A DNA stretch of 64,000 bases, taken from NCBI RefSeq assembly GCF_009914755.1, contig NC_060925.1; one strand, written 5' to 3'. The position numbers were made by a program, and so were the translations under genes. Origin of the DNA: the human T2T-CHM13v2.0 reference genome, Homo sapiens. The notes beneath the pieces are model-generated. The model ran no database searches and had not been told where the DNA came from. It worked only from the letters and a program-made list of their open reading frames with translations. Below, piece by piece: positions 37,765-51,097 of this stretch (positions are counted from its first letter, which is position 1; every line of letters starts with the position of its first letter).

Positions 37765-38690
37765 TTAACTTTGTTATTGTGATAAAAACATATAACATTA
37801 AGTGCACCATCTTAACACTTTTTAAATGTACAGTTCAGCAGTGTTAAGTATATTCATCCTGTTGTGCAACAGATCTCTAGTAGTTTTCCATCTTGTAAAA
37901 CTAAAAGTCTATACCCATTCAACACGAATTCCCTTTTCCTCTTCCTCCCAGTCCTTGGCAACCACCTTTGCACATCCTGTTTCTGATTTTGAATACTTTA
38001 TATGAGTGGAATCATACAGTATTTGTGCTTATGTGACTGGCTTATTTCACTTAGCATAATGTCCTCGAGGTTTATCTATGTTGTAGTATGTAACAGGATG
38101 CCCTTTTTAAAGGCTGCATAATATTCTATTATATGTGTATACCATCTTTTCCTTATTATTTTTCTTTTGATGGACATTTGAGTTGCTTCTACCTCTTGCT
38201 ATTGTGAATAATGCTGTAATGAATGTGAGTGTGCAACTATCTCTTTAAAATCTTGCTTTGAATTCTTTTGGATATATTTCCAGAAGTGGGATTCTTAGAT
38301 CATATGGCAACTGTATCATTAATTTTCTGAGAACCTCTATATTGGCTGTAGTGACTGTACCATTTGACATTCCCACACAGCAGTGCATAAGGATTCTAAT
38401 TTCTCCACATCCACATCAGCATTTGTTATTTCCTATTCATTTGATAGTGGCCATCCTAATGTGTGTAGGCAATATCTCATGTGGCTGTGATTTGCATTTC
38501 TCATATGATTAGCAATGGTGACTATTTTTAATATGCCTGTTGGACATTGTATATCTTCTTTGGTGGTTTGATTATTCAAGTCTTTTGCCCATTTTTGAAT
38601 TGGGTTAATAATAATTTTAATCCAATTTTTGTGTTGTTGAGTTGTAGGAGTTGTTTATGATTCTGGATATTAACTCTTCATTGATTATAT
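37765..38690 (-). mobile_element. L1MB-like 3' end
   Basis: accatcttaac...aatgtacagttcagcagtgttaagtatattc...gtgcaacagatctctag. Confidence 0.78.
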
Positions 38691-38766
38691 ATCTTAATAA
38701 TGTTTTGTCATCTTATTTTTCACTACATATTCACTACATATTTTCTTTCTTATTCTCTAAAGTAAG

Positions 38767-38793
38767 TGTGTGTGTGTGTGTGTGTGTGTGTGT
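38767..38793 (+). repeat. (TG)n microsatellite
   Basis: Direct reading, ~13 units. Confidence 0.95.
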
Positions 38794-39049
38794 CTTACTT
38801 TGGTTGATTTGGAAGGTATATGTAGTCTTTTAAATTAGTTTATTGATTACCTTTATATTTTAAAATAATGTATCTAATACTGTCTCCTGTTTCATATTGC
38901 CCTACATATACAATTTTAGTATTTATTATTTTACATTGTCAAGATTGATAAAAATGTATATTCTATTATTTCACTATGATTCCTGTATCTCTTTAACTTG
39001 AGCTTTATATTTACATAGATTCAGCTCATCTTTTATATGCAACTTTTTT

Positions 39050-40300
39050 CCAAGTTCTCAGTCAATATGACAATCCCCACTTTACCTATAAGCCCATTGG
39101 TATAGGAAACTGTTACTAGATGACTGTCTTAACTTCTAATTAAAATAGATTGGCTTTTTGGGATTATGATAAATCATTTTTCCTATATCTTTCATTAATT
39201 TGATGGGGCCTTAATCTCTGCCTAGCAATGTGAAATTTGTTTACTATCTTGATATGGAGAGAGAGATTCAAAGTTGGTCCTTTCAACTTTAAAATCTCTT
39301 ACTCTGTGACTCTGTGGTCAGAACAAACATGGGGATTATTCCTTTTATTGAGTTTGTTCAAACTATATTCTTAGAATCTAAAAAAATGAGCACAAGATAG
39401 GTTTATGGTTCCATGGGCTCACCATGAAGTAGACTCTGATAAAATTCTAATTATTGCTTGATGCTGATATGCTTGCACTCTGACCAGTGAAAAAATAGTG
39501 GCATTATAGATTCCCAATAATTAATGTTAGTTGATGTGCAATTACCCAGGTCTTAATATTTTAATCCTTGGTGCACAAGATAGTAGGAAGGATGCAGTAT
39601 GTATTTGTGATATTATTTCAGAACTTTTCCACTAGAGTACCAGGCTTCCTTTTTATTCAAAAGGCTATAGGCTGATACGTTTATTTAGATCCAAAATTTG
39701 GTTACAAGGTTGTCATTCTCTACTCTGGTGATCAAGTCAACTCTCTGTTTGCCAGGCCGTATTATAGGAATATCTTACTTATTCAGATTAAATAGGAACC
39801 TTAGTGGTCTGGCCATCTCTTTGGTTTAAGGGAACTGATGATTATTTAGCTACCACTAAAGATACGCATTCTTGTATGAGCTGTTTCATACCTTGGAAAC
39901 ATATATTATATTAGAAGAGACTTTACCAAGATCTCCAGACGAGGAAAAGTCAGAATTGCAGAGACAGTGCAGTTGTAGGCGATGGTTTCTCCCGTCTGTC
40001 CTCTAGAAGCCAATATTCTGAGAGTCATTACGATATTGCTGGTTTAGAAAATGTGCTTTGTCCTAAAAGACAGCATTCCAGCCCCTTAGAGTAGACTCCA
40101 ATTGTCACTATAACTGAAGATCAACCATTGGTAGGTTATAGGATACATAATAAGAACAGTAAATACTATTGCATCAGTTTACAGCCAGCTTCTTTCATAG
40201 TGAAGTGAGTTCTGTGATTAGGAGCAATGCTATGGGAGAGATAACATGGTGTATGCAAGGTATTCAGTGAGGATAGATACTGGCATAGACATCATGGGCG
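39050..40300 (-). mobile_element. ERVL-class internal (integrase) relic; boundaries uncertain
   Basis: Minus-strand HSIAPNHRTHFTMKE and SIYCSYYVSYNLPMVDL resemble ERVL HSIASDQGTHFTAKE and GIHWSYHVPHHPEAAGL. Confidence 0.6.
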
Positions 40301-40984
40301 AGTTTTACTGCCTAAAATTCTGCACACTTGGAGATTTTTACTTTCTAAGACCTCTAATACTCCCTGGAGTTGTAAAAATTTTGTGCTTCAGATGGTTGTC
40401 ATATTACAGGCACCCTACATATTCATTTATGTAGGCCAGGCTTTTCTTTTATCTTACTGAATAAATTCTATCTAATGATATTAGCATATCACTCTTTCCA
40501 TTCTGACCACAGCTCTCCTTTCCATTTTTATCTTGACTATACACATACCCAAAGTCTAACTGAACTGCACCTTTTCTCAACATGCATAGAAAAATCTAAT
40601 TCTGCCTGTAAAGGCTCACAATATTTTAGATCTTTTTGCAACTTTTCACAGCTTAGTTACTTGTGCGTATCTCTCATTCTGTAATTTGTTCCATTAGCTT
40701 TATTTTACAAATAAGAAAGCTGAGATTCAGAGTTTTAAGAGACTTATTCAAAAGTCCACAGATATACACTAGAGACTGATTAGAATAAAGGAAGAGATAA
40801 TCAAAACCAAATAATACCTCTGTAGAAAGGAACTAACTTTTCTTTTTTTTCTTTTTATTACTTTATAAGATTGAGAGGTTCGTCATCTTTCTTTGTTAAT
40901 ACTTACTAGGAAAGATTTTGATAATATTCATTTGTGATCATTGTGATGTTTATGTTACTTGTACTTGATATTTATTTTTAATAG

Positions 40985-41044
40985 GAAAAACTCAAAAGAG
41001 AGGCAAAAGAAAACACAGCTACTCTTAAAGAAAAAAAAGACAAG
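40985..41044 (+). CDS. SYCP1: SYCP1 exon (likely 28), EKLKREAKENTATLKEKKDK, 20 aa
   Basis: ttaatag|GAA ... AAG|gtaaga; 60 nt; continues the peptide across a 30,222-bp intron. Confidence 0.95.
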
Positions 41045-42639
41045 GTAAGAGCATATAATTCTCATAGTTTTAAAATACCAATTCATTTTCTAACTTCTAC
41101 TTAGAAATGATTTTTTGTTTATAAGTAGGAAAATAACATTTTACATATATCATACAATTTCATTTTCTAAATTGTTTCTTGCTATTTATTAATTCAAAAG
41201 CATTTTAGCTAAAAATTTCAAAATTTTGTCATTTGGAGATTTGGAGAAGGTTTCAGTCTAATGCAGAAACAAAAAAGAAGAAAAAAAGAAGGTTTCAGTC
41301 TTTCTCTACAATTCTTATTATAGTTTTAATTTAATTAGGTACCTCTGTGTTTCTCTCTTAAGAATTTTTTAATGTTAGAGGCAAAATATTTTCATAAACA
41401 ATTCTAAAGTTTATTTAGATTATGTCTAATTTTGGGTTTTGAGGGGGCTTAATAAATGACATCCTGTTTTCCTCACTTATATTCTGAACCAATTGAGAAA
41501 GACAAGGGAGAATAAAAATAATATTTTTATTATTGAAGACTTTATTAAAAAGTATCAATATTTTAAATACTGGAGAATGCAGTTTATATTTGAAGGCAAT
41601 AGGATCTCTTAATCTTGAAATCCCAAATTAGACAAATTTATCTTCTGCCACAAGTAGAGCTTGACTAGCATAGGTCTACCCACTTGATCATCTGCTCTTG
41701 TAAAACTTAGGGTATAAAGGAGAAGAGCAGAATTTATGTGTAATTCTAATAGTTCTCAAGGGGAGTAATAAGGAAGAGGCTGAGCTGTATGTGTCCAGCT
41801 TCTCCTTTTCTTTAAATTCACCAATCACATTAAGTAATTTTTTCTCCCCTAAGGAATCAGGAAGAGGTTTGGAATGTTACCCTAGTGGTACTCCCTACAT
41901 ATGGAAGGAAACATCAGTCATAGAGAAGAAGAATACCCCTCAGCTTCTAACCTATTTGATAATATAGGATCATTGCAGAAGAATTTTGATTTAGCAAATT
42001 TTTGGTTAAAATGATTAAGAATTTTCTTTACATATAGTGATATAATCTCCTAAGTTCCCACAGAGGTTGCTCTGATTATAGTTAAACTGGAAGGAAATGA
42101 CACTCAGAGTAGTTTGAGAACAGTTCATTATATTTTATTACACTTGAGTTAAAAGAGAATAAAGGAAAGATGCACTGAACCTGTGAGTGAATACTGAGTG
42201 CTTTGTATGTTCCAGACACTGTGCTAGACACTTGAAAACATTATATTTGAAGAAATTATAATCATAATAAAATTATGCAGAATGGTTAGATATAGACTTA
42301 AGGAAGTATCTAATGAATATAAGCAAATTGGTTAATCTCCAATATTCTTTTTTAAATTTAGAATGTCTTCATATTATGAAAGTATGTATCACATATTCTT
42401 ATAGAGATGTTTTGATTCATGTACAATTCTATATGTTTCCATTATCAAGTAGATTAGCAAATGCCATATATTTTATCTGAGAGTCTAGATACATATGTTG
42501 GAAAATGAACCATATATATGTTGGAAAATGAGAAAAATGATGAATGAAGAAATTTAACTAGGCTTTTTTTTTTTTTGCTGTGCTTTATTCCAACACTACT
42601 GAAACATAAGGCTTGTTAAATTTACCAAACGTTTCTGAG

Positions 42640-42800
42640 TTTGGACAAGTTACTTAACTTCTTCGTGTTTCAATTTTCTCATCTATAAAGGGATAATAAT
42701 AATACCTATTTCCTAAAGTTGTTATGAGGATTAAATGAGATGGTATTTGTAAAACATTTAAAATAGTGCTTGGGACATAGCACATGCCTTATAAATGTTT
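42640..42800 (+). mobile_element. MIR
   Basis: Core: caagttacttaac...ttttctcatctataaa...gttgttatgaggattaaatgaga. Confidence 0.85.
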
Positions 42801-44200
42801 GTTTGAAAAATACAACAGAGAAAATTGTGAATTTTCTGGAAAGGGATAGTTCAGTATTGTCACATGAGAATTTTCTTTAGGCTACCAGCGAAATGTCAAA
42901 TTCCAGATATGGCCACAAGGTGGTGCAGTGACCTTAAATTGTCATTCTCCTACCTGTAGGGAGGAACAATTTGTCCATTAAAGCAGTTACATTTTGGCGG
43001 TTCCAAAGTTTACCCCTGATGAATCCAGAGAGCAGTAAAAAAATTGCTCTCATCAAAATTTTGTCATCAACTATGATGTATAAATATGTAGGGAAAAGGA
43101 TACAGAAATGCAATTCTGAAAAAATTCATACTTGCTAGAAAAAGGATTATGAAATGACAGATCACTAGAATTGCGCAGGAAAGATATAAGCCATCTCATT
43201 TAGCCTCTTGATTTATAGATGAATAAATTTAAGCTTGGAGATACTTGAAGATTTACTTAAATAATCCGGAAAGATAGGAAAGATCTAGGAGAAAAGACCA
43301 TATGATGTACCTGGCTCCTAGTTCAATGATTTTTTTATAGTACATGTAGTTGCCTCTTTATCCTATACTCTAATTTAAACGCACTGAAAGTTCAGCCACC
43401 ATGCTTTCAAATTTTGTCCTTGTATTCCCTTTTTGTGTGTGTGTGCTCTAGAGAATTCAGAGAAAGGAGAGATGTTCTCAGAAGAACATGGTCCTGTAAA
43501 GGAGGGCTCTACAATGAAAGGCAGTAGGAGAACTGAAAGAACATGATTCTAGAAAAAGGGGAATTTGAGTTTCACAGCTAACTAGCTGTGGAATTGAGTA
43601 AATTAACATGCCTCAATTTCCTTACAATTTCCTTATGAATAATTGCCACGATTGTATTCGTGGAGATGGTGGTGACCAAAGAAACTGTAAAATAGAAAGT
43701 GATGAGCATGAGTTTCATGTAGAATCCCACTAAAGCAACTATTACTAGCTTTTACTAGAAAGTTAGGTCAGGTGCTAAAAGAAGCTGTATACAAAGGTAG
43801 AGTGAAAGAGAACTGAGGAAACTGAGTTGAAAAAATGTCAAGTATTTAGAGTAAACTTGCAATTTATTTATTTAGAATTGAAGCAAATAGCCATTTTCTC
43901 AGTTTTTTTCCCTGAAAATTTTTCTCATTCTTTACTTTCATAATTATTCTCCTTGCTTTTGGAGGCAAGTTAGGCTGGTGGATAGGAAAAGGCTGATATT
44001 TTTATAGGTGAAAAAGAAGAAGTATCAATGTATGAAAGAGAACGAATGAAAGTTAGAATAGATTTCCTTCTGACTTTTAGGCTATTGTAATGAACCATAG
44101 ATTAGGGCTTTTTGCCACCAGGAGTAAAGATTTTTTTTTATTTTTTAAAGAGAATCCTCAACTTTTGGTCAGAGAGTTGAGATATCTTATTTGTTTTCAT

Positions 44201-44510
44201 TTTTAAAAATTTAACTTTTATTTTAAGTTCAGGGGTACATGTACAGATTTATTATATAGGTAAACTTCTGTCATGGGGGTTTGTTGTACAGATTATTTTG
44301 TCACCCAGGTATTAAACCTATACCCGTTAGTTATTTTTCCTGATCCTCTTCCTCCTCCCATCCTGCATGCTCCCATAGGCCCCAGTGTGTTTTGTTGTCT
44401 CCCTCTATGTGTCCATGTGTTCTCATGATTTAGCTCCCACTTATAAATGAGTCCATGTGGTATTTGGCTTTCTGTTCCTGCATTAGTTTGCTAAGAATAA
44501 CGACCTCCAG
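44201..44510 (-). mobile_element. 5'-truncated L1PA10-13-like 3' end with perfect 20-bp TSD
   Basis: TSD gatatcttatttgttttcat at 44181-44200 and 44511-44530. Confidence 0.88.
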
Positions 44511-44763
44511 GATATCTTATTTGTTTTCATAGAGGCTCTGTGAAGACAGGCAGGGGCAGATAACATTTGCATCTTAAATGGACAAGTAAAGTGACAAAGA
44601 AGATAACTGTAACTTATTCAAACTTATCTAGTCAGTGATAAATTTAGGGATAAATTTGCTTATTTTGTTGTGAATTCTACTAGTTGCTGCACTTTAATTA
44701 AAGAAATAAATAATTAATGTGACATTTAGTGATGGTTTTATTCATTCTTGTTGTTCAATGCAG

Positions 44764-44940
44764 AAAACACAAACATTTTTATTGGAAACACCTGAAATTT
44801 ATTGGAAATTGGATTCTAAAGCAGTTCCTTCACAAACTGTATCTCGAAATTTCACATCAGTTGATCATGGCATATCCAAAGATAAAAGAGACTATCTGTG
44901 GACATCTGCCAAAAATACTTTATCTACACCATTGCCAAAG
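44764..44940 (+). CDS. SYCP1: SYCP1 exon (likely 29), KTQTFLLETP...LSTPLPK, 59 aa, C-terminal tail
   Basis: atgcag|AAA ... AAG|gtttgt; 177 nt; contained in ORF 44719..44952. Confidence 0.96.
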
Positions 44941-45086
44941 GTTTGTGTCTAAATTTTCCATGTTAGTAGTAATTTTTTAAATAAATAAATAAAGTTCTGT
45001 TATCACCATATATCTGGCATCATGCACACATATATAACTAGTTTCTTGAAAGTTTCAATTTTTTTTGTGGTATCAGCATGAAATGT

Positions 45087-45203
45087 AAAGACAAGGTCTT
45101 GCTGTGTTGCCTAGGATGGTCTTGAACTCCTGGCCTTAACTCATCCTCCTGTCTTGGCCTCCCAAAGTATTGGGATTATAGGTGTAAGCCACTGTGCCTG
45201 GCC
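45087..45203 (-). mobile_element. Alu monomer (FLAM-like)
   Basis: Single left arm; TSD-like tca(g/a)catgaaat. Confidence 0.8.
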
Positions 45204-45759
45204 TTCAACATGAAATTGTTTCATTTTTTTCGATCACTGTCCACAACTTAATGTCATCTTGGGCAGATTTCATAACTTAATAGTTATTTATCAGTGTTTA
45301 AGGCCCTGACACAGGAAATCTGATTCTGACTTGACATTTTATAGCATCACCACAGTTACTACTTCCCTTTGCTGTTTACCCCAATCATCTTGCATCTGTA
45401 GTCCTTGGCAGTCATCTTGGAGCAGATGCCTCTAGCAAAGTGGCTCAGTTCTGACTGTCTTTCATATAGCCACTTAATCCATGGGGAATTCATACAACTT
45501 TTCCATGCTAAATGGCAGTGCAGATGCTTTACTTTTGATCTCTCTTACCTCTCTCTCGTTTCCTTTTCCTCTCCTCAGCTAGATACAAAGACAAACAAAT
45601 TTGCTGCCTACATTCATATCTAACTAGGGAATGAGATGCCAGTCTTTCTTTCTTGGAAGCACTCCTAATATTCTTTATAAAGATGCTCTTGGAGTTCCTG
45701 CCTCACTTGTCTTGGGAGTTGAAAAGGATCTCAATTGTCTCCATCCCACTAAGTTTAAA

Positions 45760-47320
45760 TGTTATGCCTTTTCCTTCTCAGTTTCCCAGTTGTGTTTGAT
45801 GGTGTCTGCAAGGTGTCTGCAAGTCTCTGAGACTTTGTTTTTCTTCATTTTTTTTCTATTCCATATCAGTTGAATTATATTCAGGCTCATGGATTCTTCT
45901 TCTGCTTGCCCAAATCTGCTATTGAGCCCTTCTAGTAAATTTTTCATTTCAGCTATTGTATTTTTTAATTCCAGAATTTCTATTTGGTTCTTTTGATAAT
46001 TTATTTCTTTTTATTGATATTCCATTTAGTGAGATGTTGTTTTCATGCTTTTCTTCATTTCTTTGACATAATTTTCTTTAGCTCTTTGAACATATTTAAA
46101 ATAGCTGACTTTAAATCTTTGTCTAGTTAAGTCCAATGTCAAGGCTTCCTCAGGGAGAGTTTCTGTTGTTTGTTCTTTTACTTTTCTATTTGGGCCATAC
46201 TTTCTTCTTTCTTTGCATGTCTCATATTTTTTGTTTAAACTGGCCATTTAAAAATATAACAACTCTGGAAATCAGATTCTCTCCTATTCCCATGATTTGT
46301 TGTTGCTACTTGTTGTAGTTATTGTTTGTTTTGTGACTTTTCTAGACTAATTCTGTAAAGTTTGTATTTTTTGTTGTGAGTGCCACTAAAGGTTCTCCTT
46401 GATTAGCTTAGTTTTTAGCTAATGTTTGGACACAAATTTCTTCAAATGCCTAGAATGAATAAATTTCCCAATCTTTGTCAAAGGTCTCTATTATATGTGT
46501 ATAAGGGCATGCTTTCAACACTTAGCCAGGTAGTTGACAACTCTGCCTTAGCTTTCCATTCCTGCTTGTAGAGAATCTCAAGATTAGCCAGTGGTGAAAA
46601 CTTAGGGCCTTTTCAGGACCTTCCTGAGCCTATAGATAGCCCTACACATATGCGTGGCCTTCTATATTTCCAGGAATATATCAAGGCTTTTCAAAGCTTC
46701 CCCATGGATATTTCATTTCCTAGCTTTTCTTTCAAGGTTTTTGGTTAGTCTTTTGTTTGTCCCAACTATTCATCACTGCTTCACGTTGCTGCAAAGTTAA
46801 AACGTTTGTTGTTTTTGACAAATTCTGCCCCCTACTTCACACACACACCAAGGAGAAGGCATTTTTTCACTAGTGAGCCCTCAGGTTGAATGTAATCAGC
46901 TATCAGCCTTGTAAGTGGGATCTTGCAGAGACTCACCAGACAAATCAAATACTGACAATTCTTTGGGAATAAAGCTTTGAAAGAGCTTCAGTTCTGTTCT
47001 GTTCTGTTCTGTCTGGTGGTTGCCAGGCTGCCCCAGGAACGTGGGCTGTTATTCTTTAAGGATAACATAGAGCTAGAGCAGGGGATGGGACTGGGGAAGT
47101 TAAGACACCACGAAGTTTGGGTTTCCTAAAGAGGTTTAGCCATTTTATTTTATTTTTTTAAAGAATAAGCACTCTCCAGGTGGCTGCAAGCCTTTGGTTA
47201 ATTTCCAGAGTTCTGAAAAAAACTGATTCCGACAAGTTTTTACCAATATTTTTATGGCTTTTATGGAGGAGTGAATTTTTAGAGCTCATTACTCTGCCAT
47301 TTGTACTGATGTCTCTGACC
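45760..47320 (-). mobile_element. Old L1M 5'/ORF1 region
   Basis: ORF1-like peptide MKNLLEGLNSRF. Confidence 0.7.
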
Positions 47321-47334
47321 TTAACTTTTTAAAT

Positions 47335-47632
47335 TACATTTAATTTAATTTTTGTTTTTGCTCTGTTGCCTGGGCTGGGCTGCAGTGGCATGATCATGGC
47401 CCACTGCTACCTTGAACTCCTGGCTCAAGCAATTCTCCTGCTTCAGCCTCCTGAGTAGCTGAGGCTATAGGGATGGGCCACCATACCTGGCTATGTTTTT
47501 TTAATTAAAAAAAATTTTAGAGTTGGGGTCTTGCTATGTTGCTCAGTCTAGTTTTGAACTGGCCTCAAGCAATCCTCCTGCCTTGGTCTTCCAAAGTGCT
47601 GGGATTACAGGCATAAGCCACTGTACTTGGCT
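47335..47632 (-). mobile_element. AluJ
   Basis: gctcaagcaatcctcc; TSD-like tgacctta(a)cttttt. Confidence 0.88.
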
Positions 47633-48152
47633 TTTGACCTTACTTTTTAAAGATACTTTTACAAATTATAAAAATTACAAGATAGTATAGAATGTGAAAC
47701 ATTGACTAATGTGAATTACTTTACCAATATAAAAATAAGCAAGCATATTTTCTCACAATGTAATAAGGTGTTTTGTAGAGAGAGCAAAGCTCACTCAGTT
47801 ATTTTTTTCGATCATGATTAGAAATATTAAGGCCCCTAAGATTGTTGATTGCTGAATCTGGAGTGTGTCTGTCTCTCTGTTTCACTCTTTCTCTTTCTTA
47901 TTTTCTTCAGCAAGTTAAAGGAAAGGCAGAGAAAGTCTACCATTGTAAATTTTTGAAGAAAGACAACTTATAGTATCAAAAACATTTGAATTAAATTCTT
48001 ATCCAAAATTTTTGCCTCATATACTTGCCAATAATAATGGAGGTTTCTGATTGCTAAGGACTCAAATTGCCTTAAAATTATTTGTGAAACCCTTTATTAA
48101 TAATGCATATTTTATTTGATATGATAATGTATGGTTTTTTATTTTTGGATAG

Positions 48153-48296
48153 GCATATACAGTGAAGACACCAACAAAACCAAAACTACAGCAAAGAGAA
48201 AACTTGAATATACCCATTGAAGAAAGTAAAAAAAAGAGAAAAATGGCCTTTGAATTTGATATTAATTCAGATAGTTCAGAAACTACTGATCTTTTG
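48153..48296 (+). CDS. SYCP1: SYCP1 exon (likely 30), AYTVKTPTKP...SETTDLL, 48 aa, includes basic KKKRK (NLS-like)
   Basis: ggatag|GCA ... TTG|gtaaaa; 144 nt; overlaps ORF 48162..48362. Confidence 0.96.
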
Positions 48297-49273
48297 GTAA
48301 AAATTTTACAAATAATATTTAGTATTTATTTATATTACTTATTTGTATACTATTTTCCTTGATATACATGTATAATATATTTACATAGTACCTACCATTG
48401 CAATACTGATATACAGTGGAGCTCTGCTAAAATGCAGATCCTTGTGCTTTTGCAGCATTTCAGAAAAATTAGGGTTCAAATAATTTCCCTGTAAATTTCA
48501 GAAAACCTGGCACTTTGAAAATACTTGATATAGCACAATGGGCATACGATATGATTAATCATTGTCTTGTTTTCTAGAAGAATGTCATAAAGGAGTTCTT
48601 ACTATATTTTTAAAAAGAGAGATGGAGTGAATATTTTACTGTGCCAAATCTGTTATTTAGGCGTCCCCTCTATTTTGCATATTATACATGCTCCTTTTAC
48701 ATCACTGGTTGATATTTATATCAAGGTATTGGTTGACAACTATAACATTTCCATCACTCTAAAGAAGTTAATGTATTAAGGACAGCATGTTTAAGCAGGC
48801 TATTTCCTCTAGCACTTTGTATCACTAATTACTCCCATTCACATATACCACTGTTTTCTGAAGGCATAATAATGGTTTATTGAGAATAATGAAGCTTAGA
48901 TTCATTTAATTTTTTTAAAAAGGTGAACCATACCAGAGTAAATGGAGCAATGCACCAAAAATTCTTAATGACAAAATCCCAGTTAAATTCATTTGTTTTA
49001 TTATTCCCACTTATAACTAGAAGATCCTTCAAGCTTTTCTACTACTTTGGGACCTTCTATTTTCATTTTTTTCTGGAATAATGAGTAGTTGAAGTCTTAA
49101 AACCCTAAATATTGAAGTTAACATATAGAGTCCCTACTTCAGAACCCCTTTGTTTTATAGATAATTATCAACATCTTAACAATTAAAACTGTGAACCAGG
49201 TACTATTGTAAACACTTTATACAACGAAGATTACTTTAATTATTTCTTATAACAATTCCAGCCTTTAGAAATA

Positions 49274-49587
49274 CAGTTGGCCTTCTGTATTCACAGGTTC
49301 TACATCTGTGTATTCAACCAACTACAGGCCAAAAAATTTGAAAAAAAAAAAAATAAATAACAATTCAGTAGAAAATAATATAAATAAGAAAGCAATACAA
49401 CATAACTATTTATATAGTGTTTACATTGTATTGGGTATTATAAGTAACCTAGAGATGATTAAAGTATACAGGAGGAAGTACATAGGTTACATGCAAATAT
49501 TATATCATTTTACATAAACATCCACAGATTTTGGCATGCATGGAGGGATCCTGGATCCAATCCCCCATGGATACTAAGAGATCACAG
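49274..49587 (-). mobile_element. MER2-like Tigger MITE
   Basis: TA-flanked cagttggcc...; ttacattgtattgggtattataagtaacctagagatgatt; ccaatcccccatggatac. Confidence 0.8.
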
Positions 49588-50812
49588 TATATACTGTTCT
49601 TTCCAGTTTACAGATGAGGAAACTGAGTCACACAAGTATATTTTTCAAGATCACATAGTTAGTAAGACATGGAACCAAAATTTGAACACAGTCTGGCTTC
49701 ATAGACTATGTAAGTCATTGCACATGATAACTGCCAATTCAAAATGTAGTCCAGATATATAAAAATGTAATGAGAATTAGAAAGAAAATGAGCTTTAGAA
49801 TTAAACATTCTAGGATTGTAATCCCTGTTATTATTCTAGCAGTTTGAGTTTAGGCCAATTTCTTAGCTGATCTGAGATTCAGAATGATTCAACATGATTC
49901 ATTTCATTTCTAAAAGGAGCATCACAAACTTGCAACACAATAAACATATTACAGTATTATAGAATTGCACACAATTGTTCAAACTAGTCTAAAAACACAT
50001 TTCACAATCAGTTTCCTGGTTATAATTATTATATGAACCTATTAGTCATTTTGTAATTTTCTTAGCTTATGTAGTTAAATTTTGAACATTCAAATTATAA
50101 AAATTAAGATTTAAAAATGGGTTGTTGAGCATGACCTCAGGAAGATGGTGGAGTAGGAAGTGCCAGGAATCCATCTCTCTACCTAGACAAAAAGTATACT
50201 GGCAGAAACTGTCTGAAGTAACTATTTTATAAGTATGCAGTCTTATTTGAATGTTTATAGCTTCCAGGGGAAAGGTTAGCTGGTAAATTGCAGTTAATTT
50301 AGGTTGATTTCAGCCTAAAATATGATAGCAGCTACCAGTCTCCCCAGCCTACAGTCCTGTGTCAGGAAGCCATGCTCATGTTCCCTGAGTGACTTGCTGG
50401 TGCCAGAGGGGGCAATAGGACTTGTCCTTCAAACATCAGAGTTCAGTGTTTCAACCCCCACTGGCTGAAGCAACTTCCAGGAATTTACATGAAGCACATC
50501 TATCTTTTTTTTTTTTTCCTTTTCTCTTTTTCCATCTTTACCCTTTGGGAAGCCAGGCATTTAAGGATTAGGATATTCAAAAGCAAAGCAAAAAGGAATT
50601 TAGCTATAGCACATGTTTAAGCAAAGAGGCTTAAAAAAGACGGGAGAAGACCATAAGCTTTTATCTCAGGCTGATCCCTGGCACAGACTTTCAACAGTAA
50701 AACAAAAGAAAACAGAACACAAACAAAAACAGAAAATCCCGGGGAAGAGGGAAAATCTTATTTCCAGAGTTACCAAAGTATAATATTCAAATGTCCAGTT
50801 TTCAACAACAAG

Positions 50813-51097
50813 GGCCAGGCACAATAGCTCACGCCTGTAATTTCACCACTTTGGGAGGCCAAGGTAGGAAGGTTTCTTGAGGCCAAGAGTTTGAGACTAA
50901 GTTGGGCAACAGTGAGACCCTCTCTATACAAAAATTTAAAAAATTAGCCAGGTGTGGTGGCACATGGCCTGTAGTCTAACTACTCAGGAGGCTGAGGTAG
51001 AAGGATCACTTGAGCCCAGGAGTTCAAAGTTATAGTCAGCTATGATTATGTCACTACACTCCAGCCTAGGTGACAGAGTGAGACCTTGTCTCTAAAA
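50813..51097 (+). mobile_element. AluJ
   Basis: ggatcacttgagcccaggagttcaa. Confidence 0.88.

Noticed and set aside
44719-44952. Stand-alone 77-aa ORF (likewise 48162..48362)
   Set aside because: These are SYCP1 exons plus intronic read-through; the listed starts are not real initiation sites
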